Notes under the pieces: generated by a model
Seen by the model: the letters and a program-made list of their open reading frames with translations, nothing else
What the model was told of the DNA's origin: nothing
Database searches by the model: none
Program-made: the position numbers and the translations under genes
DNA from: an uncultured delta proteobacterium
GTDB taxonomy: Bacteria > Desulfobacterota > Desulfobacteria > Desulfobacterales > JAFDCJ01
Direction: 5' to 3'
Assembly (NCBI GenBank): GCA_963769935.1
Contig: CAVYNY010000011.1
Coordinates: 1-64,000, forward strand
DNA: 64,000 nt
Shown here: piece after piece, positions 30,650 through 40,474 of the stretch
Numbering within the stretch: position 1 is the first letter of the stretch
Layout of the letters: the number at the start of each line of letters is the position of its first letter

Positions 30650-31693
30650 TTAAGGCAATTCGACGGTCTGGTCATGAAACTCCGCTGCGGAAAAGTGGCG
30701 GCCGTAGTTGAGTTTATTGAAATAAGTCAGATAATCCTGCTCCGGCCTGGTTTTTTCTTCCAGGGTTTGCCAAACATCATCCGGCATATCCCAATCGCCC
30801 ACTTCAAGATTAGCGGCCAGCTGAGCGGTGTTTTTGGCGCCGATGATAACGGCGGTCACGAATCTGCGCTTCAGCGGCCAGGCGACGGCCAGCTTGGCCA
30901 TGGGAACGTCGGCATCGGCGGCAGCTTCCTCAAGGATCTGCGCGGTTTTCAATCCCCGCGGATGCCAGAACCGGGAGCCGTCGATCTGGGTTCGATACGC
31001 ATGGCGGGTGCCCGCGGCCGGCTCGGTCATCCCCTTGTATTTGCCCGTCAGTAGGCCGGCCCCCAGCGGGCTGTAACAGGTGATTCCGACCCCGTGGTCG
31101 ACGGCGGCCGGGATAATCTCCCGTTCCGGCTCCCGGTTGATCAGGTTGTAGAGATACTGGCCGGCCACCAAACCCTCCAGATTCATGCGCGCCGCCACCC
31201 CGGCGGCTTTGGCAAGCTGCCACCCGAACAGGTTGCTGCAGCCCAGATAGCGCACTTTGCCCTGCCGCACCAGATCATCCAGGGTTCGCATGGTTTCTTC
31301 CATCGGAGATATCGGATCGGGGCCATGGATGTAATAAAGATCGATATAGTCGGTCTTCAGCCGCTTCAGGCTCCCCTCGCAGGAGGCGATAATATGCTTT
31401 CTGGAAACACCCTGGGCGTTGGGAAAGCTGCCCATCGGGAAATAGCACTTGGATGCGATCACCACTTCGTCGCGTTTGATCTGGGGCATGAACGTGCCGA
31501 TAAACGCTTCTGATTTCCCGCCGGCGTAAACGTCGGCGGTGTCGATAAAATTCCCACCGGCATCAAGGTAGGCTTTGATAATGTTGTGGGATTCCTGCTC
31601 GTCGCAGCCCCAGTCGGATGTGCCGAATGTCATTGTTCCGAGGCTGATGCGCGAGACCAGCAGTCCTGAGCTGCCAAGGTAACGGTATTTCAT
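30650..31693 (-). CDS. Aldo/keto reductase
   Basis: LGTMTFG; IDTADVY; SLKRLKTDYIDLY; YSPLGAGLLTGKY. Confidence 0.95.
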   Translation of the reverse strand: MKYRYLGSSGLLVSRISLGTMTFGTSDWGCDEQESHNIIKAYLDAGGNFIDTADVYAGGKSEAFIGTFMPQIKRDEVVIASKCYFPMGSFPNAQGVSRKHIIASCEGSLKRLKTDYIDLYYIHGPDPISPMEETMRTLDDLVRQGKVRYLGCSNLFGWQLAKAAGVAARMNLEGLVAGQYLYNLINREPEREIIPAAVDHGVGITCYSPLGAGLLTGKYKGMTEPAAGTRHAYRTQIDGSRFWHPRGLKTAQILEEAAADADVPMAKLAVAWPLKRRFVTAVIIGAKNTAQLAANLEVGDWDMPDDVWQTLEEKTRPEQDYLTYFNKLNYGRHFSAAEFHDQTVELP

Positions 31694-31979
31694 TTTGTTC
31701 CTCCCGATTTTTTATATTGAAGATTGAAAATTGCAGATTGAATATTTGTGGAACCTTGTCGTTTTTGTCTCTTACCTGATTTAATTGTCATTTAACAGGC
31801 CGGTGTGTCAAGTACAAAGGTTCCCGGTTGTTTTTTATGCTGGGATAGAAGTAAAAAAATCCATGCTCAATTGTAACTTTTTCGGGTTTGTTTCGTTTTA
31901 AGGTCTAAAGTCGAATTTTGGGCTGCAGCTGTATCGAAAATTTCCAAAACAAACATTCAAACAAATCTGGAGGAGACAA

Positions 31980-32609
31980 ATGAAGCGAATTGGAATTGCA
32001 GCATGGATTGTTTTGTTCGGTATTCTGTCCACCGCCGGGATCTTGTCGGCAGGGCAAAATGGAAATAGCTCATTTTCCGGCCAGCAGACTCTCACCGCTG
32101 CCGAAGCGGGAAATCTTGTTTTTATGAGGGAAGAGGAGAAATTGGCCCGGGATGTCTATCTTTACCTTTTCGATGCATGGGGGCAGTGGGTTTTTGAAAA
32201 CATTGCCGCCAGTGAGCAGCAGCACATGGATGCCGTCAAGAACCTGCTGGATAAATACAATCTTGCCGACCCGGCCGCCGGGAATGGGGAGGGCGTGTTC
32301 ACCAACCCGCAGCTTCAGAAACTTTACGACAGCCTTACCCGGCAGGGAAGCGCGACAGAACGGGATGCGCTTTATGTCGGCGCAACCATTGAAGATATGG
32401 ACATTTATGATTTGCAGGGGATTCTGTCCGAGACTGACAAGCCGGATTTTGTCAAGGTCTGCGATAATCTGATGAAAGGCTCCCGCAATCATCTGCGGGC
32501 ATTTGTCGGCCAAATCGAGCTGCTGGGTGGAACCTATGAAGCCCAATACCTTCCCCAGGAAGCAGTCGACGCCATTCTTGAAGCTCCCAGGGAAACAGGT
32601 TCGTACTAA
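31980..32609 (+). CDS. Exported ferritin-like DUF2202-type protein
   Basis: Signal peptide; MREEEKLARDVY; SEQQH; IEDMDIYDL; GSRNHLRAF. Confidence 0.85.
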   Translation: MKRIGIAAWIVLFGILSTAGILSAGQNGNSSFSGQQTLTAAEAGNLVFMREEEKLARDVYLYLFDAWGQWVFENIAASEQQHMDAVKNLLDKYNLADPAAGNGEGVFTNPQLQKLYDSLTRQGSATERDALYVGATIEDMDIYDLQGILSETDKPDFVKVCDNLMKGSRNHLRAFVGQIELLGGTYEAQYLPQEAVDAILEAPRETGSY

Positions 32610-32634
32610 CCCAAAAATTATTTTCATAAATCAG

Positions 32635-32742
32635 CGGCAGGCGGACCGCATCGAGGATACGGGTCAGAACATTATCCGGAACATTCTCGTTTTTGAACGC
32701 CCGGACGCTTTTACGCATCTTAATAGCCTCGTAAATATTCAT
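32635..32742 (-). pseudogene. Truncated nitroreductase (N-terminal ~35 codons only)
   Basis: MNIYEAIKMRKSVRAFKNENVPDNVLTRILDAVRL; similarity ends before the expected APS motif. Confidence 0.7.
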
Positions 32743-32845
32743 GCAAGTAGGCCTGTTAGTGGTTAGCGTTCGACTCCGGCGTATGCGCGGAATTCAGTTT
32801 ACAAAAAAAATCTATAACCCTGAAGGGGCTATTTTTCAGGGCGGA

Positions 32846-33280
32846 TTAATTATCAAGAATCTGAATTTCATCCCCCCGGCGAATGGTGCCTTCCTCCAGC
32901 ACCCGGGCAAAAACCCCCTCCCGCGGCATGATACAGTCTCCGGCCTTGTAGTAAATAGCGCATTTGTTGTGGCATTCCTTGCCGATCTGGGTAATTTCGA
33001 CCAGGACGCTGTCACCCAGGCGAACCCGGGTGCCCAGCGGCAGCGTTTTCCAATCGACTCCGGTGGTGGCGATGTTTTCGGCAAAATCACCAAAGGTCAC
33101 ATCAAGTCCCCGGGCTCTAGCCTGGTCAATGCTCTCGGAGGCCAGGAAACTAACCTGCCGATGCCATTTCCCGGCGTGGGCATCCCCTTCCAGACCGTGG
33201 TCTTTGGATACAAAGGCATCGTCCACCGGGGTCTTGCGGGTTCCTTTTTTTTTGCTGATGGCGATGGAAACTATCTTCAT
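32846..33280 (-). CDS. MOSC domain protein
   Basis: GLEGDAHAG; HRQVS; GDFAENI; TQIGKECH..C. Confidence 0.9.
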   Translation of the reverse strand: MKIVSIAISKKKGTRKTPVDDAFVSKDHGLEGDAHAGKWHRQVSFLASESIDQARARGLDVTFGDFAENIATTGVDWKTLPLGTRVRLGDSVLVEITQIGKECHNKCAIYYKAGDCIMPREGVFARVLEEGTIRRGDEIQILDN

Positions 33281-33325
33281 TATCTGGATTCCTTAACTTT
33301 TGCACTGCGCTAATTAAGCACAGTA

Positions 33326-33958
33326 TTAGGTGCCGTTGCCAATTAAAAAAATTCCGTAGGTCGCCCTTAAATTAGGCAGCACTTTTATCACTTTGCCATA
33401 CCGGTCCTCGGTATGGGTGTCTATGGCAACTTCCTTTAAAATTCTGAAGCCTACCTCGTGAATAAATTTGCGAAAGTCCTTGATGGTAATGACCCGAATG
33501 TTCGGGGTGTTGAACCATTCATAGGGCAGTTGTTTCGTAACGGGGGCGTAGCCCGACAGCAGCAGCTGCAGCCGGGAGCCCCAATGACTGAAGTTGGGAA
33601 AACTGACGATGCCTCTTTTGCCGATCCTGAGCATGGACCGAATCAGCGCATCCGGTTCATAGACCTGCTGCAGTGTTTGACTTAAAATAACGTAGTCAAA
33701 GGTATCGTCGGGATAGTCCAGGACTTCTTCGTTGATGTCGCCCTGTAAAACCGACAACCCTTTGGCAATGCAATCAGCGGCCTTGGCCTCATTGCGCTCG
33801 ATTCCGGTGCCGACAACCTTTTTTTGGGTAATCAAATATTTCAACAGATTACCGCCGCCGCAGCCCAGATCGATAACCCGGGAGCCCGGTTCGATCCAGG
33901 CGGCGATAATCTGCAGGTCATAACGCATCGTGTTATTGAGCGGTTTGGTTGTAGACAC
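33326..33958 (-). CDS. metW: Methionine biosynthesis protein MetW (alternative start 33928)
   Basis: RYDLQII; DLGCGGG; DYVILSQTLQ; IVSFPNF; LPYEWFNTPNIR. Confidence 0.92.
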   Translation of the reverse strand: MSTTKPLNNTMRYDLQIIAAWIEPGSRVIDLGCGGGNLLKYLITQKKVVGTGIERNEAKAADCIAKGLSVLQGDINEEVLDYPDDTFDYVILSQTLQQVYEPDALIRSMLRIGKRGIVSFPNFSHWGSRLQLLLSGYAPVTKQLPYEWFNTPNIRVITIKDFRKFIHEVGFRILKEVAIDTHTEDRYGKVIKVLPNLRATYGIFLIGNGT

Positions 33959-35106
33959 GATCTAAAAACCCCCTGATCAATATGCTGAGCCGCTCGCTGG
34001 ATAATAAAAAGGCGTCGTGGCCCCATTCAGCCTCGATTTCGCAGAAACTGACATCCAGCCCGTTTTTCTTCATGGCCTTGACGATGGCCCGGGATTGATA
34101 CGTGGGGTACAGCCAGTCCGAGGTAAAGGAGACCACCAAAAATTTTGCCCGGGCCTTTGAAAATGCCTGTACCGTCGAACCGTTGCCATACTGCTTGCGA
34201 ATGTCATAGTAATCGGCCGCTTTGGTGATGTATAAAAACGAGTTGGCATCAAAGCGTTCCACGAATTTTTTGCCCTGATAGCGCAGGTAGCTTTCCACCT
34301 GGAAATCGGCATCAAAGTTAAACGAAAAGTCGCTTTTGTCCTGCAGCCGGCGGCCGAACTTATGCCGCATGGATTCATCCGACAGGTATGTGATATGGCC
34401 GATCATGCGGGCGACGGCCAGTCCGAGGTTGGGTTTGGCTCCGAAATAATAATTGCCGTGGTTCCATTTGGGATCGGCCATGATTGCCTGCCGGGCCACC
34501 TCATTGAAAGCAATGGCCAGAGCGGAGTGGCGGGTGGTGGTGGCCAACGGAATCGCCCCGGCTAACACTCTCCGGATAGCGGACGCACCACTCCAGCACC
34601 TGCATGCCGCCAATCGACCCACCGACGACGGCCAGCAGCTTTTTTATCCCCAGATGATCGATTAAGGCCTTTTGGGCGCCGACCATGTCACCGATCGTAA
34701 CCACCGGAAAATCAAGCCCGTAGGGCAAAACCGTTTTGGGATTGATGGTACATGGTCCGGTGGAGCCCAGGCAGCTGCCGAGGATGTTGGAGCAGATTAC
34801 GAAATATTTGTTGGTGTCAATTCCTTTGCCGGGACCCACCATGTTGTCCCACCAGCCGGGCTTCTCATCCTCGGACTTGTAGTAGCCGGCCACATGAGAA
34901 TCCCCGGATAAGGCATGCAGAACCAGGATGACATTGCTTTTGTCTTCATTTAAGGCCCCGCAAGTCTCATAAGCCAGGGTAATCGGTCCCAGCCTGGCAC
35001 CGCTTTCCAGAACCAATTCATCCGGCGGTTCGGCGAATGTGAAGAACTGCTTTTCGACGATTCCTACCGAATTATCGTCTTTGTCATGTTCAATGTATTC
35101 GCTCAT
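33933..35106 (-). CDS. metX: Homoserine O-acyltransferase; +1 frameshift near 34560
   Basis: [48 protein letters not shown]. Confidence 0.92.
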
Positions 35107-35182
35107 GTTAGACTATCATTCAATGCCGGAATCCTATTTCAACGTGGTTGCTTTCAAATCTATCAAACATTACTGAAGTATA

Positions 35183-35260
35183 TTGGGTTATTGGAGTGCT
35201 GGAGTGTTGGAAGTATTATGATATGTTCATTACTCCAGTACTCCAACACTCCATTACTCC
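35183..35260. repeat. Inverted octamer-array cassette (TGGAGTRY ... CATTACTC) between metY and metX
   Basis: TTGGAGTGCTGGAGTGTTGGAAGTATT ... CATTACTCCAGTACTCCAACACTCCATTACTCC. Confidence 0.8.
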
Positions 35261-35318
35261 TTTTCCTGAAGGCCGATACCCCTTATTTTTTATATCTATT
35301 TTTCTTTTCCACCGGCAT

Positions 35319-36605
35319 TCAAACTTTGCCAAACGCCTGCTCCAAATCCCCTATTATATCATCGATGTGTTCAAGGCCGATGGACAGGCGAATCAAGTCC
35401 GGTGTCAGGCCGCTGGCTTTTTGCTGCGCTTCGTTCATCTGCGAATGGGAAGTGCTTGAAGGATGCAGCACCAGGCTCTTGGCATCGCCCACATTGGCCA
35501 GATGCGAAAAGAGTTTTAGATTTTCTACAAATTTACTGCCGGCCGCAAAGCCGCCTTTAATTCCGAATACGACCATGCCCCCGAATCCCTTGCTCAGATA
35601 TTTGCGGGCCACCGGGTAGGTGGGATCGTCCTCCAGGCCAGGGTAGCGCACCCATTGGACGCTCGGATGTAATTTTAAATAGCGCGCCGTTTTCAAGGCG
35701 TTTTCACAATGGCGCTCCATGCGCAGGGGCAGTGTTTCCAGGCCCTGCAGAAACATCCAGGCATTGTCGGGAGAAATGCAGGCGCCGAGATTGCGCAGAG
35801 GCACCAGTCTCATTCTCAAGGCAAAGGCCACCGGATTCAAATCCCCCAGGTCATGGGCATAGCGGATATCATGATAGCTGCGATCCGGCTCGTTGTACAA
35901 GGTAAATTTTGGATCCGTCCAGTCGAATTTGCCGGAGTCGATGACGACCCCGCCGATGCCGGTTCCGTGGCCCCCCATCCATTTGGTCAGGGAATTGACA
36001 ACGATATCCGCGCCGTGCTCAATGCAACGCAGCAGGTGCGGCGAGGTAAAGGTGCCGTCGACAATCAGAGGCAAATGGTGCCGGTGGGCAATCTCGGCCA
36101 CGGCCCCGATATCGGTGAACTCGAGCACCGGATTGCCGATGGTCTCAATGAATACGGCCTTTGTTTTTTCCGTGACGGCCTGCTCGAAATTTTGCGGATT
36201 GCGCGGATCTACAAAATTAACGTGAATATCAAACTGCGGCAGGATGCAGTCAAACATGGTATATGTTCCGCCGTAAAGGTTGTTGGCGGATACGATCTCA
36301 TCGCCGGCTGAGCAAAGATTGATAATTGAATAATAAACCGCCGATGTTCCGGAAGAAAGTGCCAGCGCTGCGGCCCCGCCTTCAAGGGCGGCAATGCGCT
36401 GCTCCAGGACATCCTGGGTGGGGTTCATGATGCGGGTATAAATATTTCCAAGCTCTTTTAGGGCGAAAAGATTGGCGGCATGCTCGGTGCTGTTGAACAC
36501 ATAAGATGACGTCCGATGGATCGGAACCCCCCTGGCATTGGTCGCGGGGTCGGGCTGCTGGCCGGCATGCAGGCATAATGTTTCAAATTTGTAGGCTTCA
36601 CTCAT
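35319..36605 (-). CDS. metY: O-acetylhomoserine sulfhydrylase
   Basis: GNIYTRIMNPT; PLP-lysine NSLTKWMGGHG; HLANVGDAKSL; RBS AGGAG. Confidence 0.95.
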   Translation of the reverse strand: MSEAYKFETLCLHAGQQPDPATNARGVPIHRTSSYVFNSTEHAANLFALKELGNIYTRIMNPTQDVLEQRIAALEGGAAALALSSGTSAVYYSIINLCSAGDEIVSANNLYGGTYTMFDCILPQFDIHVNFVDPRNPQNFEQAVTEKTKAVFIETIGNPVLEFTDIGAVAEIAHRHHLPLIVDGTFTSPHLLRCIEHGADIVVNSLTKWMGGHGTGIGGVVIDSGKFDWTDPKFTLYNEPDRSYHDIRYAHDLGDLNPVAFALRMRLVPLRNLGACISPDNAWMFLQGLETLPLRMERHCENALKTARYLKLHPSVQWVRYPGLEDDPTYPVARKYLSKGFGGMVVFGIKGGFAAGSKFVENLKLFSHLANVGDAKSLVLHPSSTSHSQMNEAQQKASGLTPDLIRLSIGLEHIDDIIGDLEQAFGKV

Positions 36606-36823
36606 GATCGATCTCCTTTTACAAGCATGTGTTGATTATTAAAATTCTTTGTAATGCAGGCCGGGGCCGTCTCTGATTCCAATTGGAATCCAAGGCTTAA
36701 AACGGAACTATGAACAATATTAAAGATTACCTTTTTTGGTTCCTAAAGCTGCAATAAAATAAGCCGTCGATCAGGATTTATCTGGATGGAAAAAAAGTGA
36801 AGGGCAAAGGCGTGATGAAGCAC

Positions 36824-36997
36824 CTAAAAGGAATAGGCGGCGCGACGGTTAGAAATGACGATATGGTTTGCCGGTTCAGGCAACCCAGCTACCTTTTCAA
36901 GCTTTCTTTCCGTTGCTGCCGGTTCACGCTCTTCCCAGCCCCAGCAGCCCATATCACCCGGCCCCTGCATGTCCATTTCCATATCATCACCTTCCAT
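36824..36997 (-). CDS. Met-rich short ORF (57 aa, or 52 aa from ATG 36982) in the metY leader; candidate leader peptide
   Basis: MEGDDMEMDMQGPGDMGCWGW...AAYSF*; five Met in the first 16 codons; GGAAGGTG RBS before the second ATG; below the ORF-track length cutoff. Confidence 0.55.
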   Translation of the reverse strand: MEGDDMEMDMQGPGDMGCWGWEEREPAATERKLEKVAGLPEPANHIVISNRRAAYSF

Positions 36998-37017
36998 CTT
37001 TTGAAAAGTCCCGATCT

Positions 37018-37045
37018 AATATAAGCGTTTATGGTTGGCCGTCAA
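37018..37045 (-). promoter_or_regulatory. Sigma70-type promoter for the leader ORF and met operon
   Basis: TTGACG-N16-TATATT on the minus strand, just upstream of the short ORF. Confidence 0.55.
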
Positions 37046-37076
37046 CTCGACTTCGCCGACTTGGGGGGGAATTTCC

Positions 37077-37156
37077 AATCACGAAAACACGAAATCTGGA
37101 AAGCACGCAATTTGTCTTTTATCTTTTTCGTGTTTTCGTACTTTCGCGTTTTCCTG
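37077..37156. repeat. Inverted CACGAAA-type cassette
   Basis: ATCACGAAAACACGAAATCTGGAAAGCACG ... TTTCGTGTTTTCGTACTTTCGCG; close relative at 63092-63176. Confidence 0.8.
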
Positions 37157-37187
37157 ACTAATTTTTCCTTTTGGGTTTCCCGATAAA

Positions 37188-38171
37188 TCAGGATTTCCCT
37201 ATCACTCCAACCAGCTTGGCCGTGTTAGGGGAATTTTTCAAAACCGCGTTGAGCGATCCGCTTTTAAACCCGTCCATATCGAGGGCCACATATACAAAAC
37301 CCAATTCGTGAAATTTAGCAGCGATATCCTTGCTCTTCTCCATTAGAGCGGCAAAGTCCCTGCGCGGAACCTCGATTCGGGCCGTTTCGCCATGATGCCG
37401 GACGCGGAGAACCCGCAGACCCAGTTCGTACAGAAAATCTTCGGCTTTTTCCACCTGGCTCAGCTTTTCTTCCGTCACGGACTCGCCATAGGCAATTCGG
37501 CTGGCCAGGCAGGGCATGGCGGGCTTGTCGGCAATTGCCAGATCATAGAAGGTGCACACTTCTCGTATGGTTTGCTTGGTGAAACCCAAATCAACGTAGG
37601 GTGCCTGAATGGATGCTTCCCGGGCGGCCTGAATGCCGGGTCGATAGTCTCCCAGGTCATCCAGGTTGACACCATAAAATATCGGCCATGGCGCAACGTT
37701 TGAAGCGCCCTGCAGTTGTCGGCGCAGGCCCTCGATTTTTTCGAAAAGTGCCTTTTTGCAGAAATAACAGCGGTCGGCCCGGTTGGCCTGATATTTGGGA
37801 TTCTGCATTTCGCCGGTTCGAATAATTTGAAGCGGAATGCCGTGGGTTTGGGCAAAATTAATCGCATTACGGTATTCCCGGCGGGCCAGCGAAGGGCTGT
37901 CGGCCAGGACAGCCACCATGTTGTCTTTTAAGGCGCGGTGGGCCGCGAAGGCAAGCAGCGCACTGTCCACACCGCCGCTGTAGGCAACGATGGCCCGCGG
38001 CCGGCTGTTAAAGTATTCGTCCAGCTTGTCGGCGTTCAGCCTTTGATTTATCTTATGTTCGGTCTGGTCGAGCCCGGGTTTCATTTTTGTGATCCTTGAA
38101 ATGCCCCGCATTTTGCCCGGTTTTCCGGGAGAGCTAAAACGGTTTAATTCACGATACGCGCATTCATTCAC
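37188..38171 (-). CDS. larE: LarE-family ATP-dependent sulfur transferase (start uncertain, possibly 38084)
   Basis: PP-loop AYSGGVDS; RCYFCK; DDLGDYRPG; PCLASRIAYG; RVRHHG. Confidence 0.9.
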   Translation of the reverse strand: MNECAYRELNRFSSPGKPGKMRGISRITKMKPGLDQTEHKINQRLNADKLDEYFNSRPRAIVAYSGGVDSALLAFAAHRALKDNMVAVLADSPSLARREYRNAINFAQTHGIPLQIIRTGEMQNPKYQANRADRCYFCKKALFEKIEGLRRQLQGASNVAPWPIFYGVNLDDLGDYRPGIQAAREASIQAPYVDLGFTKQTIREVCTFYDLAIADKPAMPCLASRIAYGESVTEEKLSQVEKAEDFLYELGLRVLRVRHHGETARIEVPRRDFAALMEKSKDIAAKFHELGFVYVALDMDGFKSGSLNAVLKNSPNTAKLVGVIGKS

Positions 38172-38225
38172 CCTTCCTTGTCGTGCTGAGTGTCTTGAGC
38201 CGGACAGGGCAGCAGGGAGGAACGA

Positions 38226-38600
38226 TTAAAAAATGCTTGTAAATACTTCACAGGAGCGGCAAATTTTCATCTTGTCGTTCCAGTTTTCGTTAACGCTGCC
38301 GTCGCAAATCGTACCGTTGATAAACCAGCAGAGATTGCCGCTTTTAAATTCCCAGGCCGGACACTGCTTTTTTTTCTCCGGTGCACAGTTTTTCAATTTC
38401 CAGCAGGGTTTGCTGTTTCTGGCACTGCTGTTCTTCCGTGAAACCAGAAAGAGCATCTGGCGCTCAACCGCCGGTGGAATGGTGCGCCAGCCCTGCTCAT
38501 AGCTATGAATAGCCTTCAGAGAGGTTCCCAGCAACTGGGCCATTTGCTTCTGGGTTTTGTCCATCTGGCTTCGATGCGATTTGAATTCATTTTTGTCCAT
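38226..38600 (-). CDS. Small HTH (XRE-like) regulator with Cys-rich two-CW-type C-terminal domain
   Basis: TQKQMAQLLGTSLKAIHSYEQG; CW....C.....CPAW......CW......C...CRSC. Confidence 0.8.
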   Translation of the reverse strand: MDKNEFKSHRSQMDKTQKQMAQLLGTSLKAIHSYEQGWRTIPPAVERQMLFLVSRKNSSARNSKPCWKLKNCAPEKKKQCPAWEFKSGNLCWFINGTICDGSVNENWNDKMKICRSCEVFTSIF

Positions 38601-38700
38601 TGAGTTGATCCCCTTCGAAAGTCGGATTTTAACTTGCAATTATCTCTAAAACATTATAGTTAGCCACATTGTGGTAGAAATGTCAATAAAAAATTGATGC

Positions 38701-38916
38701 GGGTTCTGGGTTCAAGATTCCCGGTTCTTTGAGGAGCGCATGGTTTCAGGCCATTCATTTCAGGCTGCCCGGTTGAACGCTTCATCTATCGGACTTTTCT
38801 AAAGCTGCAACTTCTGCAAAGTACATCGATCAGTGATAGTGAATCATCATGAACTCCTCGCGGCTGAGTTTGCCGGAGGCTGAACCTCTGAACCTCTGAA
38901 CGTTGAACCTTTGAAC
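38701..38916. repeat. Inverted GGTTC/TGAACCTC tandem arrays
   Basis: GGGTTCTGGGTTCAAGATTCCCGGTTC ... TGAACCTCTGAACCTCTGAACGTTGAACCTTTGAAC. Confidence 0.65.
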
Positions 38917-38928
38917 GGTTAGTCCGGC

Positions 38929-39492
38929 TTATTCCTCTTCAAGCAGCCAGATGCGGTGGATATCATTGACAGTGTATCGAATCGTTTTTAAGGCCTGGAG
39001 CAGCCGGGTATAGGTCATGGCCAAGCCGATATTTTCCGCCAGCACCATCAAAGAGTCTACATCGTGATTTGAAATATTCCAAACCTGGCTGTGATATAGT
39101 CTCAAGGCCCCGATAACTTTGCCGTAAAAATTGATGGGAACCGAAACAATGGCGCCGATGCCTTCTCCTTTGGCATTCTGCGGGTATTGCAAACGGTCCG
39201 TACTATTGACATCCGGGATGACGACCGGCTTTCCGTGGAACGTGTCGGTGATGCTTTTGTCTGATAAAAGCGGCCCCTTCTGCAAGTAGGTCCTACTCAA
39301 TCCAAAACTTGCCAGAACTTCGAGTTCATCCAATTCCGGATTCAGGGCAAAGATCGTACACCCTTTAATTTCAAGAGCTGCCACCAAAAGCTGCGTCAGA
39401 TGGTTGGCCATGATCTCAAGATTGTCGGACTGCGCCATGGCTCTGAAAACCACTTTAAAAAGTTCAATGTCTATTTTTTCTTCGGTACTCAT
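38929..39492 (-). CDS. Stand-alone GAF domain protein
   Basis: LEVLASFGLS..YLQKG; GIGAIVSVPI...VIGALRLY. Confidence 0.85.
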   Translation of the reverse strand: MSTEEKIDIELFKVVFRAMAQSDNLEIMANHLTQLLVAALEIKGCTIFALNPELDELEVLASFGLSRTYLQKGPLLSDKSITDTFHGKPVVIPDVNSTDRLQYPQNAKGEGIGAIVSVPINFYGKVIGALRLYHSQVWNISNHDVDSLMVLAENIGLAMTYTRLLQALKTIRYTVNDIHRIWLLEEE

Positions 39493-39511
39493 GGGTGACC
39501 TCCTCTTTCTG

Positions 39512-39976
39512 TTAAGAAACGATGCACACCGTCGTGTCTTTGAGCGTCATTGCGACCTTGTTGGAAACACTTCCCGTAAAGAAACGGGTTACCCGGGCTG
39601 CTTTGCGATTCAGCACAATTACATCGAATTGGGTATCCCGGGTGAGATTGATGATTTCACTGGCGATATCCTTCTTGCGGGGTTTGAAAACTGTGGTAAT
39701 CCGGGTCGCGGAGAAACCATCCTGACAAAGCCTCGCAACGACAGCCTTGAGTTCATTTTCCTGCTGCAAAATCTGCTGAGACAGATAGTTCAGGCTGCCT
39801 TTAAGTTTTCCTGTTACCAGGCTTGCTTCCGTTTCAATGTCGGGCACGGGTGTATAGGCATGAAAAATGGTGATTTCAATCCCATCGAGGTGGCCAAAGG
39901 CACTGGTGACAAAATCCAGCGCCTTCTGATCCAAGCTGGCAAAATTGTAGGCAACTAATATTTTTTGAATGACCAT
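39512..39976 (-). CDS. Universal stress protein
   Basis: KILVAY; FDVIVL; FFTGSVSNKV. Confidence 0.8.
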   Translation of the reverse strand: MVIQKILVAYNFASLDQKALDFVTSAFGHLDGIEITIFHAYTPVPDIETEASLVTGKLKGSLNYLSQQILQQENELKAVVARLCQDGFSATRITTVFKPRKKDIASEIINLTRDTQFDVIVLNRKAARVTRFFTGSVSNKVAMTLKDTTVCIVS

Positions 39977-40387
39977 TTTATCCCCCCCTTCATTTTAATT
40001 AAATCAGGTTGATGAAGTAAACACCCGATAGAACAGGGCATACAGGCTGGCAAAGTGAAACGTGCTATAGATTTATCGCTTGCTGACGGCCGAAACCGAG
40101 CAGCTTACGGTAATTAATTTAAAGACAGGTCGGAAACTGATTCTTGGGGAAGACGATGCATTCTAAAGTGCCGGCCGGATGACAGCGAACCGGAGGCACT
40201 CTAGCCGCAAAAATAAGATGCCACAGGGTAATAATCCATGTCAATAATAAATTTCTTTACTTGTCAGGCTTCATGGACGTTTTACGGCACTTTACTGACA
40301 ATTATTTGTATTCATTTAAGGGGACGGTTGCAGAGAAAACGATATAACTAAATAAAATAACGACTTTAAAATCACAATAACCTGTTC

Positions 40388-40403
40388 TGGCGTGGATTTT
40401 GCT
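40388..40403 (+). promoter_or_regulatory. Candidate sigma54 (-24/-12) promoter
   Basis: TGGCGTG-GATT-TTGCT with GG-N10-GC spacing, ~70 bp upstream of the transglycosylase. Confidence 0.55.
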
Positions 40404-40474
40404 TTCTTTTTACCTGTCTGACACTGAATTGATCTGCCTGGTGCTGGAAAATCCGATTTATTAAAGGTGACGTA

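Noticed and set aside
32452..32634. Continuation of the nitroreductase (LQEWRR) antisense to DUF2202
   Set aside because: It lies opposite a well-conserved gene, so the resemblance is probably chance.
36790..36940. SAM-I riboswitch in the metY leader (GAACCGGCAAACC and AGGTGCT words)
   Set aside because: The P1 ATC...GAT pairing and the GAGGGA kink-turn/pseudoknot elements are not found; the words fall in or beside the short ORF.
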